The notes under the pieces were generated by a model. That model was not told the DNA's origin. It made no database searches and was given only the letters and a program-made list of their open reading frames with translations. Shown piece after piece: positions 21,540 through 31,184 of a stretch of 64,000 nucleotides of DNA (positions are counted from its first letter, which is position 1; every line of letters starts with the position of its first letter). The stretch spans positions 3,072 to 67,071 of the forward strand of contig RPRI01000025.1 in the NCBI GenBank assembly GCA_003818505.1, written 5' to 3'. Source of the stretch: Desulfobacteraceae bacterium (GTDB lineage: Bacteria > Desulfobacterota > Desulfobacteria > Desulfobacterales > RPRI01). The position numbers were made by a program, and so were the translations under genes.

Positions 21540-21613
21540 AACCCTAACCCCGATAAACGGGATAAGTAGGTTATGAGATTATTTCCTGCCGGAAAAACGC
21601 AGGAAATAATCTC
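21540..21613 (+). repeat. Two-copy hairpin element (second copy 45568-45669 on the minus strand)
   Basis: AACCC..CCGATAAACRGGATAA..AGGTT..GAGATTATTTCCYGC; 15-bp perfect stem 21575-89 / 21599-613. Confidence 0.75.
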
Positions 21614-21641
21614 TAACTAATATTTGATAAGGAGGTTTAAA

Positions 21642-22868
21642 ATGCCGTCACGTGACAATATCGTAGTCGGCCTTGATATCGGTACAACCAAAATATGTGC
21701 GGTTGTCGGGGAAGTCACCGATAGTGAAATAAACATAATCGGAATCGGCACCCATCCCTCCATAGGTCTGAGGAAAGGTGTTGTTGTCAATATCGAATCA
21801 ACCGTTGATTCAATAAAAAAAGCGGTTGAAGAGGCTGAACTTATGGCCGGATGCGAAATATCTTCCGTATATGCAGGTATCGCCGGAGGCCACATCACAG
21901 GTTTCAACAGCAGGGGAATTGTTGGAATCAAAGGACCCGAAGTGACCCAGCAGGATATCGATCGTGTCATAGATGCCGCAAGGGCGGTTGCAATACCTAT
22001 GGATCGCGAAGTCATACATGTGCTTCCCCAAGAGTACATAGTAGACGATCAGGCGGAAATACAAGACCCGATAGGCATGGCCGGTGTCAGGCTCGAGGCA
22101 AAAATACATATAGTGACAGGCGCAGTGACATCTGCCCATAATATAGTTAAATGCGCAAACCGTTCCGGTCTTGACGTGTGCGATATAGTGCTTGAAGCTC
22201 TTGCTTCCGGAGAAGCGGTTTTGACCAAAGAAGAGAAGGAACTCGGCGCAGTCCTTTTGGATCTGGGCGGGGGAACAACAGATCTAGCTGTTTTTTCCGG
22301 GAAAAATATCAAACACGCTTTCGTTCTTGCTCTGGGAGGCAATAACCTGACTAACGATATAGCTGTAGGTTTGAGAGCGTCACTTCCCGAAGCCGAAAAA
22401 ATCAAGATAAAATACGGAAGCTGCGTCGCAAAGAACATCAGTCATGATGAAATGATCGAAGTTCCGGGCATGGGAGGACGTACGCCAAGAAAACTTCCGC
22501 GCCAGATACTCGGCGAAATCCTTGAGCCCCGTATGGAAGAAATTTTTACCTTGATAAAAAGAGAAATATACAGGGCTGAAATGGAAAATCTGATCCCATC
22601 AGGCATCGTTTTAACAGGGGGATCAGCCCTCTTAAATGATGTAACCGAAATAGCAGAATCCGTTTTTAATCTTCCGACACGCCTTGGAAAACCAATGGGA
22701 ATAAGTGGACTCGTTGATGTGGTAAATAACCCCATGTATGCGACAGGGGTCGGTCTTGTTATATACGGGGCAAAAAATCAAACCCGCAAGAAATTCAGAA
22801 TCCGCGACGGGAATATCTTCAATAGGGTAATGGGCAGAATGAAAAAATGGTTCAGCGAAGTGATATGA
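21642..22868 (+). CDS. ftsA: Cell division protein FtsA
   Basis: GLDIGTTKI, DLGGGTT, VLTGG, YATGVGL; ATG 21642 after AGGAGG. Confidence 0.97.
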   Translation: MPSRDNIVVGLDIGTTKICAVVGEVTDSEINIIGIGTHPSIGLRKGVVVNIESTVDSIKKAVEEAELMAGCEISSVYAGIAGGHITGFNSRGIVGIKGPEVTQQDIDRVIDAARAVAIPMDREVIHVLPQEYIVDDQAEIQDPIGMAGVRLEAKIHIVTGAVTSAHNIVKCANRSGLDVCDIVLEALASGEAVLTKEEKELGAVLLDLGGGTTDLAVFSGKNIKHAFVLALGGNNLTNDIAVGLRASLPEAEKIKIKYGSCVAKNISHDEMIEVPGMGGRTPRKLPRQILGEILEPRMEEIFTLIKREIYRAEMENLIPSGIVLTGGSALLNDVTEIAESVFNLPTRLGKPMGISGLVDVVNNPMYATGVGLVIYGAKNQTRKKFRIRDGNIFNRVMGRMKKWFSEVI

Positions 22869-23110
22869 AAAGTAGGGTTCGAGGGGAAATAAAAGCGGTA
22901 CATCGAACTTAGAATATCGAATTTCGCTTTTCGATTTACGATATTCGGAAATGAGCGGAGCGAATGATCAACCAAGGGTCAGAGGGGCAAATGCACAAAA
23001 AGAAAAGCCATGGGGCAGAAGGAACAGAATACCAGACATCGAATGTCGAATATCAAACTTCGAACCTTGATATTCGATCTCTTATAACCGGGACCAGAGT
23101 CCAAAACAAT
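22869..23110 (+). repeat. Composite repeat spacer (ftsA-ftsZ)
   Basis: 8-mer arm, TCGAATA/CGATATT heptamer hairpins twice, and a 35-bp anchor shared with the copy at 31036-31135. Confidence 0.85.
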
Positions 23111-23130
23111 TATTTCATGGGGGGTGAAAT

Positions 23131-24315
23131 ATGTTCAGCATCGTAGACAATGAAAATTCGGCTAAAATCAAGGTTATTGGTGTGGGTGGTGCGGGAGGAA
23201 ATGCGATCAACAACATGATTGCCTCAAATCTTGCAGGCGTGAAGTTCATCGCAGCAAACACCGATTCTCAGGCTCTTGAAAAATCGATGGCTTCTGTCAG
23301 GATTCAACTCGGGGAGAAACTGACCCAGGGACTTGGAGCAGGAGCTATCCCTCAAGTCGGGCGCGAAGCCGCTCTTGAGAACGAAGAAGCGATAAGGAAG
23401 GCCCTTGAAGATAGTCACATGGTTTTTATTACAGCCGGTTTCGGTGGAGGAACCGGAACCGGAGCCGCTCCTGTCATAGCCAAGATATGCAAGGACATAG
23501 GAGCACTCACAGTTGCCGTCGTCACAAAACCGTTCTCCTTCGAGGGGAAAAAGCGCATGAAGCAGGCGGAAGAGGGAATCAATGAACTAAAAAGGCATGC
23601 AGACACTGTGATAACAATTCCCAACGACAGATTGAGAGGTCTTGCTTCAAAAAGCGCAAAAGCGCTTGATATGTTTTTAAAGGCCGACGAGGTACTTCTT
23701 CATTCGGTCAAGGGAATTACTGACCTGATAATGATGCCGGGTCTGGTCAACCTCGATTTTGCTGACGTAAAAACAACAATGTCAAAGGCTGGCATGGCAA
23801 TAATGGGCATTGGAATAGGGACCGGGGAAAACAGGGCGGTTGAAGCGGCTGAACGCGCAATATCCCATCCGCTGCTGGAAGATATTTCCATCGCAGGCGC
23901 CAAGGGTGTTCTGATGAACATAACATGCAGCAGCGACCTGACAATGGAAGAAATGACGGAAGCATCGGACAGAATTTACAAGGAAGTTGGTGAAGATGCC
24001 GACATAATATGGGGAACAGCAATAGATGACTCTCTGGGAAATGATATGAGGGTAACTGTTATTGCAACAGGAATCGGCCAGCCTAATGATGAAATTCATC
24101 CGGAAAAAGAGGAAAAATCAACTGTACGGGGAAAAGTCAGGAGTCTGACAATTGAAGATATGAAGGCTGCCGCAAATTATGACATACCCACATTCGTACG
24201 CCAGAAAGAAGCTTCCGGCGAATCAGGAGGAGCAACATACAGGGGTTACAAGGGAATGGTCATAGACAATAGTGATCTTGATGTTCCGACTTTTTTAAGA
24301 AAAAAGGCCGATTAG
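23131..24315 (+). CDS. ftsZ: Cell division protein FtsZ
   Basis: GVGGAGGN, GGGTGTG, NLDFAD, C-terminal DVPTFLRK. Confidence 0.98.
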   Translation: MFSIVDNENSAKIKVIGVGGAGGNAINNMIASNLAGVKFIAANTDSQALEKSMASVRIQLGEKLTQGLGAGAIPQVGREAALENEEAIRKALEDSHMVFITAGFGGGTGTGAAPVIAKICKDIGALTVAVVTKPFSFEGKKRMKQAEEGINELKRHADTVITIPNDRLRGLASKSAKALDMFLKADEVLLHSVKGITDLIMMPGLVNLDFADVKTTMSKAGMAIMGIGIGTGENRAVEAAERAISHPLLEDISIAGAKGVLMNITCSSDLTMEEMTEASDRIYKEVGEDADIIWGTAIDDSLGNDMRVTVIATGIGQPNDEIHPEKEEKSTVRGKVRSLTIEDMKAAANYDIPTFVRQKEASGESGGATYRGYKGMVIDNSDLDVPTFLRKKAD

Positions 24316-24600
24316 GCGGTTAAATAAATAGACATGTGGCGTAAGTAGTCAGGCGTAAGGCGAGTGAGATTTTTTAACCACGAAGCACTAAGGACACGAA
24401 GAAAGATAAGAGGAGTTTCAAACGGTTCAAGCAGCCGTGGGGCTTGAGGCAGAAAGTGAAAAGCCGTGAGGAGCAAGGGTCATGGATCAGAGGTTAGCTG
24501 TTATCTTTCAGCAACAGCCTATAACCTAATCTAACGATCTTCAGTTTATCTACCTTCGGCCTATTCACTTGAACCCTCTAATCTTTGAATCCTTCTATTA
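24316..24600 (+). repeat. Composite repeat spacer (ftsZ-radical SAM)
   Basis: GGCGTAA 7-mers, CACGAAG 9-mers, closing CACTTGAACCCTCTAATCTTTGAATCC arm. Confidence 0.8.
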
Positions 24601-24632
24601 ACACTTTTTATGACCCTTTAAGTGATCAACCA

Positions 24633-26384
24633 ATGTCATGGAAAGAAAAAAGAAAAACAAAGTATTTTTCAGATTGCGAGACAGGCGCTGTTCGGAAACA
24701 ATGGAAAGGGCATGTAAGAGTAGCCCTTGTATATCCGAATGTCTATGCACTCGGGATGTCCAATCTCGGTTTTCAGACTGTATATAAACTTTTAAACGGC
24801 CTTGAGTCTGTTTTATGTGAAAGGGCATTTCTGCCCGAAAACGATACAAGCCCTTTACAAACAATAGAATCATCGAGACAGCTTGCTGATTTTGATATAA
24901 TTGCCTTTTCCGTCTCTTTTGAAAATGATTTTGTAAACATACTATCAATCCTCGAAAGAGCAGGACTCCCCCCTAAAGCCATTGACAGAGGAATCCCCCA
25001 CCCTCTTGTTATGGCGGGGGGAGTTGCCTGTTTTATAAACCCCGAACCTGTTTCAGAATTCATTGACTGCTTCTTCATTGGTGAAGCGGAAGGGGTAATT
25101 GAGCGTTTCTTCAGTTTATATGAACCGGGAACCTTGAAAAAAGATCTATTATTAAAAATCGCAAGAAATCTGCCGGGCATATACGTTCCAGCATTTTATG
25201 AAACATCATACAACAAAGACGGAACTCTTGCTTCATTTTCCCCAATCGTCCCCAACATGCCTGAAAAAATACAAAGGGTTTATGTAAAAGATATTTCGGC
25301 ACTACAGACATGCAGCAGCATTATATCAAGGGATACGGCCTTTGACCGGACTTTTTTAATTGAAGTATCTAGGGGCTGCCCTCATGGCTGCAGGTTTTGC
25401 AGCGCAGGTTATATCTACAGGCCTCCAAGGTTCAGTACTGTCTTCTGTCTGGAAAAATGCATCGATAAGGGAACTGCCGTAACAGACAAGTTAGGCTTTG
25501 TCGGGGCTGCTGTTTCGGATCTCCCAGGAATTGTGGAACTTTGTGGTATTGCCCAGGAAAAGGAAGCCAAAATTTCATTCAGTTCATTAAGGGCTGATGC
25601 ACTTTCCGTTGAGCTTGTTTCTGCGCTCAAAAAGAGCGGGGTAAAAACTGCAACAATTGCTCCGGACGGCGGTTCACAGCGAATACGTAAAGTTATAAAC
25701 AAGGGAATAACCGAGGAACAGATCCTGGCCGCGGCGGAAAAAATCATCGAAGGCGGAATTCCAAACATTAAACTTTATTTCATGACAGGCCTTCCCACTG
25801 AAACCATTGATGATGTTGAAGAGATAGTAATTCTCTGCAGGAAAATAAAAAAGAGTTTTCTTTCGGCAAGCAGGACAAAAAAAAGGATCGGGCAGATCAC
25901 GGTAAGTATAAACCCCTTTGTTCCAAAACCCTTTACACCGTTTCAGTGGTTTCCCATGGAAGGGCTGACCTCGTTAAAGGAGAAAATGGCGCATATAAAA
26001 GAAGGCCTCAGGAAGGAAGCAAATATCCGTACCGATTTCGAACCGCCAAGAAGAAGCTATGTTCAGGCTCTTATTTCCAGAGGGGACCGCAGGATATCAG
26101 GCATCCTGTCTCGTGCGAACGCAAACAAAGGCAACTGGGCAAAGACATTAAAGGCTTCAACCCTTGATCCTGCCTTTTACGTTTACAGGGAAAAACTTTT
26201 TGACGAATTATTGCCCTGGGATTTCATAGATCATGGAATTAATAAATCTTTTCTGATTAAAGAATATAAAAAGGCATTGCTCCTAAAAGAATCGCTTCCC
26301 TGCCCGACGAATTCATGCAACAAATGCGGGGTTTGTGGCGAAATTGTTGACAATGTTTCCTCACTACAACAAAAACATATCTGA
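24633..26384 (+). CDS. B12-binding-like radical SAM protein of unknown function
   Basis: YPNVYALGMSNLG, CPHGCRFC, FVPKPFTPFQW, C-terminal CNKCGVC; start moved to ATG 24633 because the upstream extension is repeat DNA. Confidence 0.85.
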   Translation: MSWKEKRKTKYFSDCETGAVRKQWKGHVRVALVYPNVYALGMSNLGFQTVYKLLNGLESVLCERAFLPENDTSPLQTIESSRQLADFDIIAFSVSFENDFVNILSILERAGLPPKAIDRGIPHPLVMAGGVACFINPEPVSEFIDCFFIGEAEGVIERFFSLYEPGTLKKDLLLKIARNLPGIYVPAFYETSYNKDGTLASFSPIVPNMPEKIQRVYVKDISALQTCSSIISRDTAFDRTFLIEVSRGCPHGCRFCSAGYIYRPPRFSTVFCLEKCIDKGTAVTDKLGFVGAAVSDLPGIVELCGIAQEKEAKISFSSLRADALSVELVSALKKSGVKTATIAPDGGSQRIRKVINKGITEEQILAAAEKIIEGGIPNIKLYFMTGLPTETIDDVEEIVILCRKIKKSFLSASRTKKRIGQITVSINPFVPKPFTPFQWFPMEGLTSLKEKMAHIKEGLRKEANIRTDFEPPRRSYVQALISRGDRRISGILSRANANKGNWAKTLKASTLDPAFYVYREKLFDELLPWDFIDHGINKSFLIKEYKKALLLKESLPCPTNSCNKCGVCGEIVDNVSSLQQKHI

Positions 26385-26485
26385 CAGGATATACAGGATG
26401 TTACCATTTACCGGTTCGTATTTGTTTACAGGTCCACCCCTCTCTTGAGCCCTAATCCCCGGTTCCCCTTTCAGCCTTCAACCTT

Positions 26486-27448
26486 TTAATTCCTCAACTT
26501 CCCTATCAGTTCAGCCATATCATCTGGGACAGGTGCCTCAAATTCCATTGTTTTTTTTGTGGCTGGATGATTGAATCTTATTCTCCATGCATGCAACATC
26601 TGCCTTTTTGCCAATTTCAACCCGCCTGTGGCTGACCCTTTAATCTTTGAATTTACTAATATTTTTGCTCTGCCGCCATAAACCGGGTCTCCCACGACAG
26701 GATGCCTGATTGCTGCGCAATGAACTCTTATCTGATGTGTGCGGCCTGTCTTAAGATCTATTCTGATAAGTGTTGCGGTATCAAAACGTTCCGCAACCTC
26801 CCATGCGGTTTCAGCCATCCTCGGTTTGCGTGTAAGGACAGACATTTTTTTTCTATCGGATGGATGCCTTCCTATCGGCAGCGCAATTGAACCTGAATCC
26901 TGTTCCATGCTTCCATGAACAAGGGCAAGATATTGTTTCCTGATTTTTCTTTCCCTGAACTGATATGCAAGAGAAGCGAGGGAGGCATCATTCTTTGCAA
27001 CAACAAGAGCTCCTGACGTATCCTTGTCAAGCCTGTGAACAATACCAGGCCTTATTTCGCCGCCTATACCGGGAAGGTCAGGACAATGATATAGAAGAGC
27101 ATTGACAAGAGTCCCGGAATAATGACCTGGAGCAGGATGGACAACCATTCCAGGCGGTTTGTTAATCACTATAATATCTTCATCTTCATGGAGAATATCT
27201 AATTCAAGAGGTTCGGGAAGGTGCCTGACAGGCTCAGGTGCCGGAATTGATCCGGATATTTTATCACCGTATTTTACCCTGTATCCGGGTTTTTTTATAT
27301 TACCCTGTACGGATATTATTCCTTTCAGGATGAGGGAAGCGGCAATAGATCTTGAGCAGGAGGGAATTAAAGATGAGACAACAACGTCAAGACGCTTCCC
27401 CGAAGCGGATTCGTCTGCGCAAATAACAAAAGCACTATTTAAGGGCAT
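26486..27448 (-). CDS. rluD: RluA/RluD-family pseudouridine synthase
   Basis: S4 domain, NKPPGMVVHP, HRLDKDTSG, TGRTHQIRVH. Confidence 0.88.
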   Translation of the reverse strand: MPLNSAFVICADESASGKRLDVVVSSLIPSCSRSIAASLILKGIISVQGNIKKPGYRVKYGDKISGSIPAPEPVRHLPEPLELDILHEDEDIIVINKPPGMVVHPAPGHYSGTLVNALLYHCPDLPGIGGEIRPGIVHRLDKDTSGALVVAKNDASLASLAYQFRERKIRKQYLALVHGSMEQDSGSIALPIGRHPSDRKKMSVLTRKPRMAETAWEVAERFDTATLIRIDLKTGRTHQIRVHCAAIRHPVVGDPVYGGRAKILVNSKIKGSATGGLKLAKRQMLHAWRIRFNHPATKKTMEFEAPVPDDMAELIGKLRN

Positions 27449-27479
27449 TAGCTCTTCGCCCTGTTAGTTGGAAGAAAGA

Positions 27480-27759
27480 GGCCCAGGATTCGAGGGTTCA
27501 AGCGAACAGACAAAAGGTCGAAGGTAAATAGACCAAAGGCTATTGGCTCACAAACTTCATCCTCACGCCTTCCGCCTTTCGCTTCAAGCCTTTTCACTTT
27601 GTGCCTTTGTGCCTCTCCCCTTTGTCCCTTTTAGTTTATGGTTTCTGGTTTTCCGCCGCAGACGGCTGCCTTCGTGGTTCAAAACTTTTGTCTCTTGTTT
27701 ATGGTTCAATATTCGATCTTCGATGTTCTGCTTTTTATCCCTTTCTTTTAACTGCTGAG
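27480..27759 (-). repeat. Composite repeat spacer (carD-rluD)
   Basis: At least five repeat families in series, ending with the closing 8-mer arm before rluD. Confidence 0.8.
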
Positions 27760-28329
27760 CTATTCCCTGACGAACAGGGATTCGATCTCCGAAAATATCT
27801 TGTCTTCGCTTGTGTTTCTGGCAGTTGAAAGTTCCTTTACCAGAAGGGTCTGGGCTGTATCATAGAGCTTTCGCTCTCCGAAAGAAAGATCCTTTGTAAG
27901 CTTTAAAAGATAAAGATCCCTGAAAACCTCTGCCACATCATAGAGCGAACCGGTTTTAATTTTATCCATGTAATCCCTGTATCTGCGGTTCCATGTCTGG
28001 CTGTCAACAGGCACATCTTTCTTGTTTCTCATGAACTCATAAATCTTGGGAACTTCCCGTTCGCTTATAACATCCCTTAACCCGACCGAATCCACATTCC
28101 ATGTCGGGATCATTATAACCATGCCGTTTTCCAGAACTTTTATGATATAGAAATCGTGCTTTTCGCCGTTTACAATCTTGTTTTCAATAGCTTCGATTCG
28201 CCCTACCCCGTGCGCCGGATAGACGGCAAGATCGCCCACATGGAACTCACGCACATCTTTTCTTTTAACCTGCACCTGCACTTTAACCTGTTTACCGTTT
28301 ATTTTTGGGCTCATATTATTATTTGACAA
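27760..28329 (-). CDS. carD: CarD/CdnL RNA-polymerase-binding regulator (start uncertain)
   Basis: FHVGDLAVYPAHGVG, WNRRYR, LSFGERKL. Confidence 0.9.
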   Translation of the reverse strand: MSNNNMSPKINGKQVKVQVQVKRKDVREFHVGDLAVYPAHGVGRIEAIENKIVNGEKHDFYIIKVLENGMVIMIPTWNVDSVGLRDVISEREVPKIYEFMRNKKDVPVDSQTWNRRYRDYMDKIKTGSLYDVAEVFRDLYLLKLTKDLSFGERKLYDTAQTLLVKELSTARNTSEDKIFSEIESLFVRE

Positions 28330-28417
28330 ACTCCATCATGCGAAAGATTATTAAAAAAGCGTCTATTCTTATTTCAAAACAGATTTTATTTTTAACATAC
28401 TTTTCGTAAACATGCAA

Positions 28418-28464
28418 ATAAAAAAGGGATTGGCGACATCAGGACTCGCCAATCCCTTATTTTA
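28418..28464 (-). terminator. Intrinsic terminator after pth (possibly bidirectional)
   Basis: 13-bp stem AAGGGATTGGCGA (28424-36) / TCGCCAATCCCTT (28446-58) with A/T tracts on both sides. Confidence 0.85.
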
Positions 28465-28486
28465 TAGTATTCTCCGTTTAAGCCCG

Positions 28487-29080
28487 TCAGGAATAAGTTG
28501 TGGATTTTTCGTTAAACCTGTTCATCCCTTCCGTTATTCCGTCGCTAATAACCGTAACAACAGCATCCCGGACCGTTTGTATTATGCGGTCAAGATCATC
28601 TTTTTCCTTATCGCTGAATCTTCCCAGGACATAGTCGGAAACATTGATTCCGGATTCCGAACGCCCGACACCTATGCGGAGCCTTGGAATATCATCTCCT
28701 CCAAAAGCATCTATTAAAGATTTTATGCCTTTGTGGCCTCCATGCCCTCCTTTTACATTTATCTTCAATCTTCCGAAGGCAAGGTCAATGTCATCATAAA
28801 TGACCAACATATCCTCGCGTAATATTCTGTAAAAATTTGAAAGGTTTTGAACCGGTGGACCGCTCCTGTTCATGTAGGCCATCGGCTTTGCCAGAACAAC
28901 ATCAGCTCCTTTTATCATCCCGCGTCCATATACGGTTTCGAACTTTTTTTTCTCAACCGGAATCGAAAATGACTCTGACAATGCATCAATCGCCATAAAG
29001 CCCGCATTATGACGGGTTTTGGCATATGTATCTCCGGGATTACCCAGTCCTGCAACCAGGCGAACTCTTTTATCTGGCAT
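28487..29080 (-). CDS. pth: Peptidyl-tRNA hydrolase
   Basis: GLGNPG, TRHNAGF, YMNRSG, GGHKG, RLRIGVG. Confidence 0.96.
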   Translation of the reverse strand: MPDKRVRLVAGLGNPGDTYAKTRHNAGFMAIDALSESFSIPVEKKKFETVYGRGMIKGADVVLAKPMAYMNRSGPPVQNLSNFYRILREDMLVIYDDIDLAFGRLKINVKGGHGGHKGIKSLIDAFGGDDIPRLRIGVGRSESGINVSDYVLGRFSDKEKDDLDRIIQTVRDAVVTVISDGITEGMNRFNEKSTTYS

Positions 29081-29095
29081 AAATAATTCTGTTAG

Positions 29096-29746
29096 TTATT
29101 CCTTCCCGCCGGCCTTTGTTTCTTCCTTGGCTTCGGTTTCTTCTGCAACCTCGCCTTCCTCTTCAGCGACCTTTTCTTCTTCAACCTTGGTCGCGAGAAC
29201 AGTTACAACCGTATAATTCACATCCACAGGAATCTCAACTCCTTCAGGAAGCGCAATGTCGCTGACATGTATTGAATCGCCAATATTAAGTTCTGTGATA
29301 TCAATCTCTATTGTCTTAGGAATTCCGACAGGTAGACACAACACCTCAATTTCTCTCTGGATAACCTGAAGCATTCCGCCGAAATCAATACCCTTTGCAA
29401 TTCCTCTGGTAACAACCGGAACTTTGGCCTTGATCTTTCTATCCATTGCAATTTCATAGAAATCAACATGCAGATATTTCCTTGAAACAGGATGGGTTTG
29501 CAATTCCTTGATCATGGCAGTTCTCGTATGTAGGCCGCCGTTTTGAATTTCGAGGTTCAATATGACCTGTCCTACATTCGATTTTTTTAATATATCCTCA
29601 AGTTCTTTGACTGAAACCGACAGTAAAACAGTCTCCTTTCCTGGGCCATATATTACAGCCGGAATTTCTCCCGAACGGCGCAATGCTCTGGCCGGACTGT
29701 TCCCCACAGATTCTCTTGTCTTTGCTTTAAGTTGTATAAATTCCAA
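29096..29746 (-). CDS. rplY: 50S ribosomal protein L25/Ctc
   Basis: IPAVIYG, HVDFY, acidic tail; prs-rplY-pth synteny. Confidence 0.95.
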   Translation of the reverse strand: MEFIQLKAKTRESVGNSPARALRRSGEIPAVIYGPGKETVLLSVSVKELEDILKKSNVGQVILNLEIQNGGLHTRTAMIKELQTHPVSRKYLHVDFYEIAMDRKIKAKVPVVTRGIAKGIDFGGMLQVIQREIEVLCLPVGIPKTIEIDITELNIGDSIHVSDIALPEGVEIPVDVNYTVVTVLATKVEEEKVAEEEGEVAEETEAKEETKAGGKE

Positions 29747-29814
29747 AAGTATTACCTCCTTATTTTAGCTTCCATCCGGAAACTCAACTGTGTCTAAAAC
29801 ATGTTTGGCGTTAA

Positions 29815-29946
29815 AAGATCGAATTTCACAATTCGAATTTCATACTTCGCTGTCCGATATTCTGCCGCTTTGTCCTTCTTAGTCTCTGGTCTTTGGTTTC
29901 CTGCCACTTGAACCCCTGATCCCTTGAATCCTCGAATCCTTTATTT
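29815..29946 (-). repeat. Composite repeat spacer (prs-rplY)
   Basis: GGATTCGA-type x4, ACCAAAG/ACCAGAG, TCGAATT block. Confidence 0.8.
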
Positions 29947-30885
29947 CTACACAAACAGAGAGGTCACCGAATCTCCGTTATAGCTGCGGATTATTGCTTC
30001 TCCGACCAGTTTTGATATCGACAGAACTTTTATTTTATCACATTTTGACGCTTCTTCCCTTAAGGGTATCGTATCCGTAACAACAACACTTTTTAAAGCC
30101 GAATCTTTTATACGCTGCATCGCAGGGCCGGATAAAACAGGATGTGAACAGCATGCATGAACTTCTTTCGCACCATTTCCGATAATTGCAGTCGAAGCCT
30201 CCGTAAGGGTGCCTGCCGTATCAACCATGTCATCAAGAATTACTGCGATTTTCCCCTTCACGTCTCCAATAACCGACATTGCTTTTGCCTTGTTTGGAGC
30301 CTCACGTCGTTTATCGATTATGGCCAGATCGCAATTCAGACGTTTTGCATAAGCCCTTGCCCTTTCAGCACCTCCTGCATCCGGAGAAACTATAACAAGG
30401 TTATCCCGAAAAGTTGATTTTATGTAATCGATAATAAACGGAGCAGCAAACAGGTTATCGACAGGAATATTAAAAAAACCCTGAATCTGTCCGGCATGAA
30501 GATCCATTGTTATTACCCTGTTGGTTCCCGCAACAACTATAAGATCTGCGACCAGTCTGGCGCTTATCGGAACACGCGGAGCGACCTTCTTATCCTGCCT
30601 TGCATAACCATAATATGGAATAACAGCAGTTATTCTGCGGGCCGAGGACCGTTTGAATGCGTCAATCATAAGCAGCAACTCAACAAGGTTGTCATTGACA
30701 GGAAAACAGGTTGATTGAATTACAAAAATGTCCTTTGCTCTGACATTTTCATTTATTTCTATCTGTATCTCCCCGTCACTGAAGGTTTTAACCTTGGCTC
30801 CGCCCAGCGGAACTTTTAAATAATCACAAATTTTATTTGAAAGATCCGGATTTGAGTTTCCCGAAAAAATCACATAGTCATTCAT
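29947..30885 (-). CDS. prs: Ribose-phosphate pyrophosphokinase
   Basis: [33 protein letters not shown]; start ATG 30885 because the longer ORF overlaps the tRNA. Confidence 0.97.
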   Translation of the reverse strand: MNDYVIFSGNSNPDLSNKICDYLKVPLGGAKVKTFSDGEIQIEINENVRAKDIFVIQSTCFPVNDNLVELLLMIDAFKRSSARRITAVIPYYGYARQDKKVAPRVPISARLVADLIVVAGTNRVITMDLHAGQIQGFFNIPVDNLFAAPFIIDYIKSTFRDNLVIVSPDAGGAERARAYAKRLNCDLAIIDKRREAPNKAKAMSVIGDVKGKIAVILDDMVDTAGTLTEASTAIIGNGAKEVHACCSHPVLSGPAMQRIKDSALKSVVVTDTIPLREEASKCDKIKVLSISKLVGEAIIRSYNGDSVTSLFV

Positions 30886-30923
30886 TTTTATCTCTTTTTT
30901 ATTGGTTAATCCGCCTGCTCTCC

Positions 30924-30998
30924 TGGTTGGGGCGGGAGGATTCGAACCTCCGGATGCAGGAACCAAAATCCTGTGTCTTACCGCTTGACGACGCCCCA
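30924..30998 (-). tRNA. tRNA-Gln(TTG)
   Basis: TGGGGCG acceptor stem, anticodon arm CAGGA-TTTTGGT-TCCTG, GGTTCGAATCC T-loop, encoded CCA; typical ispE-tRNAGln-prs position. Confidence 0.96.
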
Positions 30999-31004
30999 GT
31001 GTCC

Positions 31005-31184
31005 TACCTCTGACCCTTTGCTCTTCTTAATTTCTGGTTGACCATTCGCTTCGCTCATTTCCGAATATCGAACATCGTACATCAAAAAGCGAAATTCGAA
31101 GTTCGATGCCCAGTTTTTATTGTCCCTCGACCCCTTTCTTTTCACTTTGTGCCTTTGTGCCTCTGCCCCTTTGCCACTTCTTTC
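31005..31184 (-). repeat. Composite repeat spacer (ispE-tRNA-Gln)
   Basis: GGCACAAA-type x4, then a near-copy of 22874-22973. Confidence 0.85.

Noticed and set aside
22964-23146. Small ORFs in repeat spacers (also 27543, 27601, 31038, 31997, 47055, 17989)
   Set aside because: Peptides such as EYQTSNVEYQTSN are by-products of 7-bp periodicity; no coding evidence.
30886-30966. Extended prs N-terminus
   Set aside because: It overlaps tRNA-Gln; the start at 30885 is more plausible.
30924-30998. tRNA-Gln as an integration site of a genomic island
   Set aside because: No integrase, no duplicated tRNA 3' end seen, and flanking core synteny is intact.
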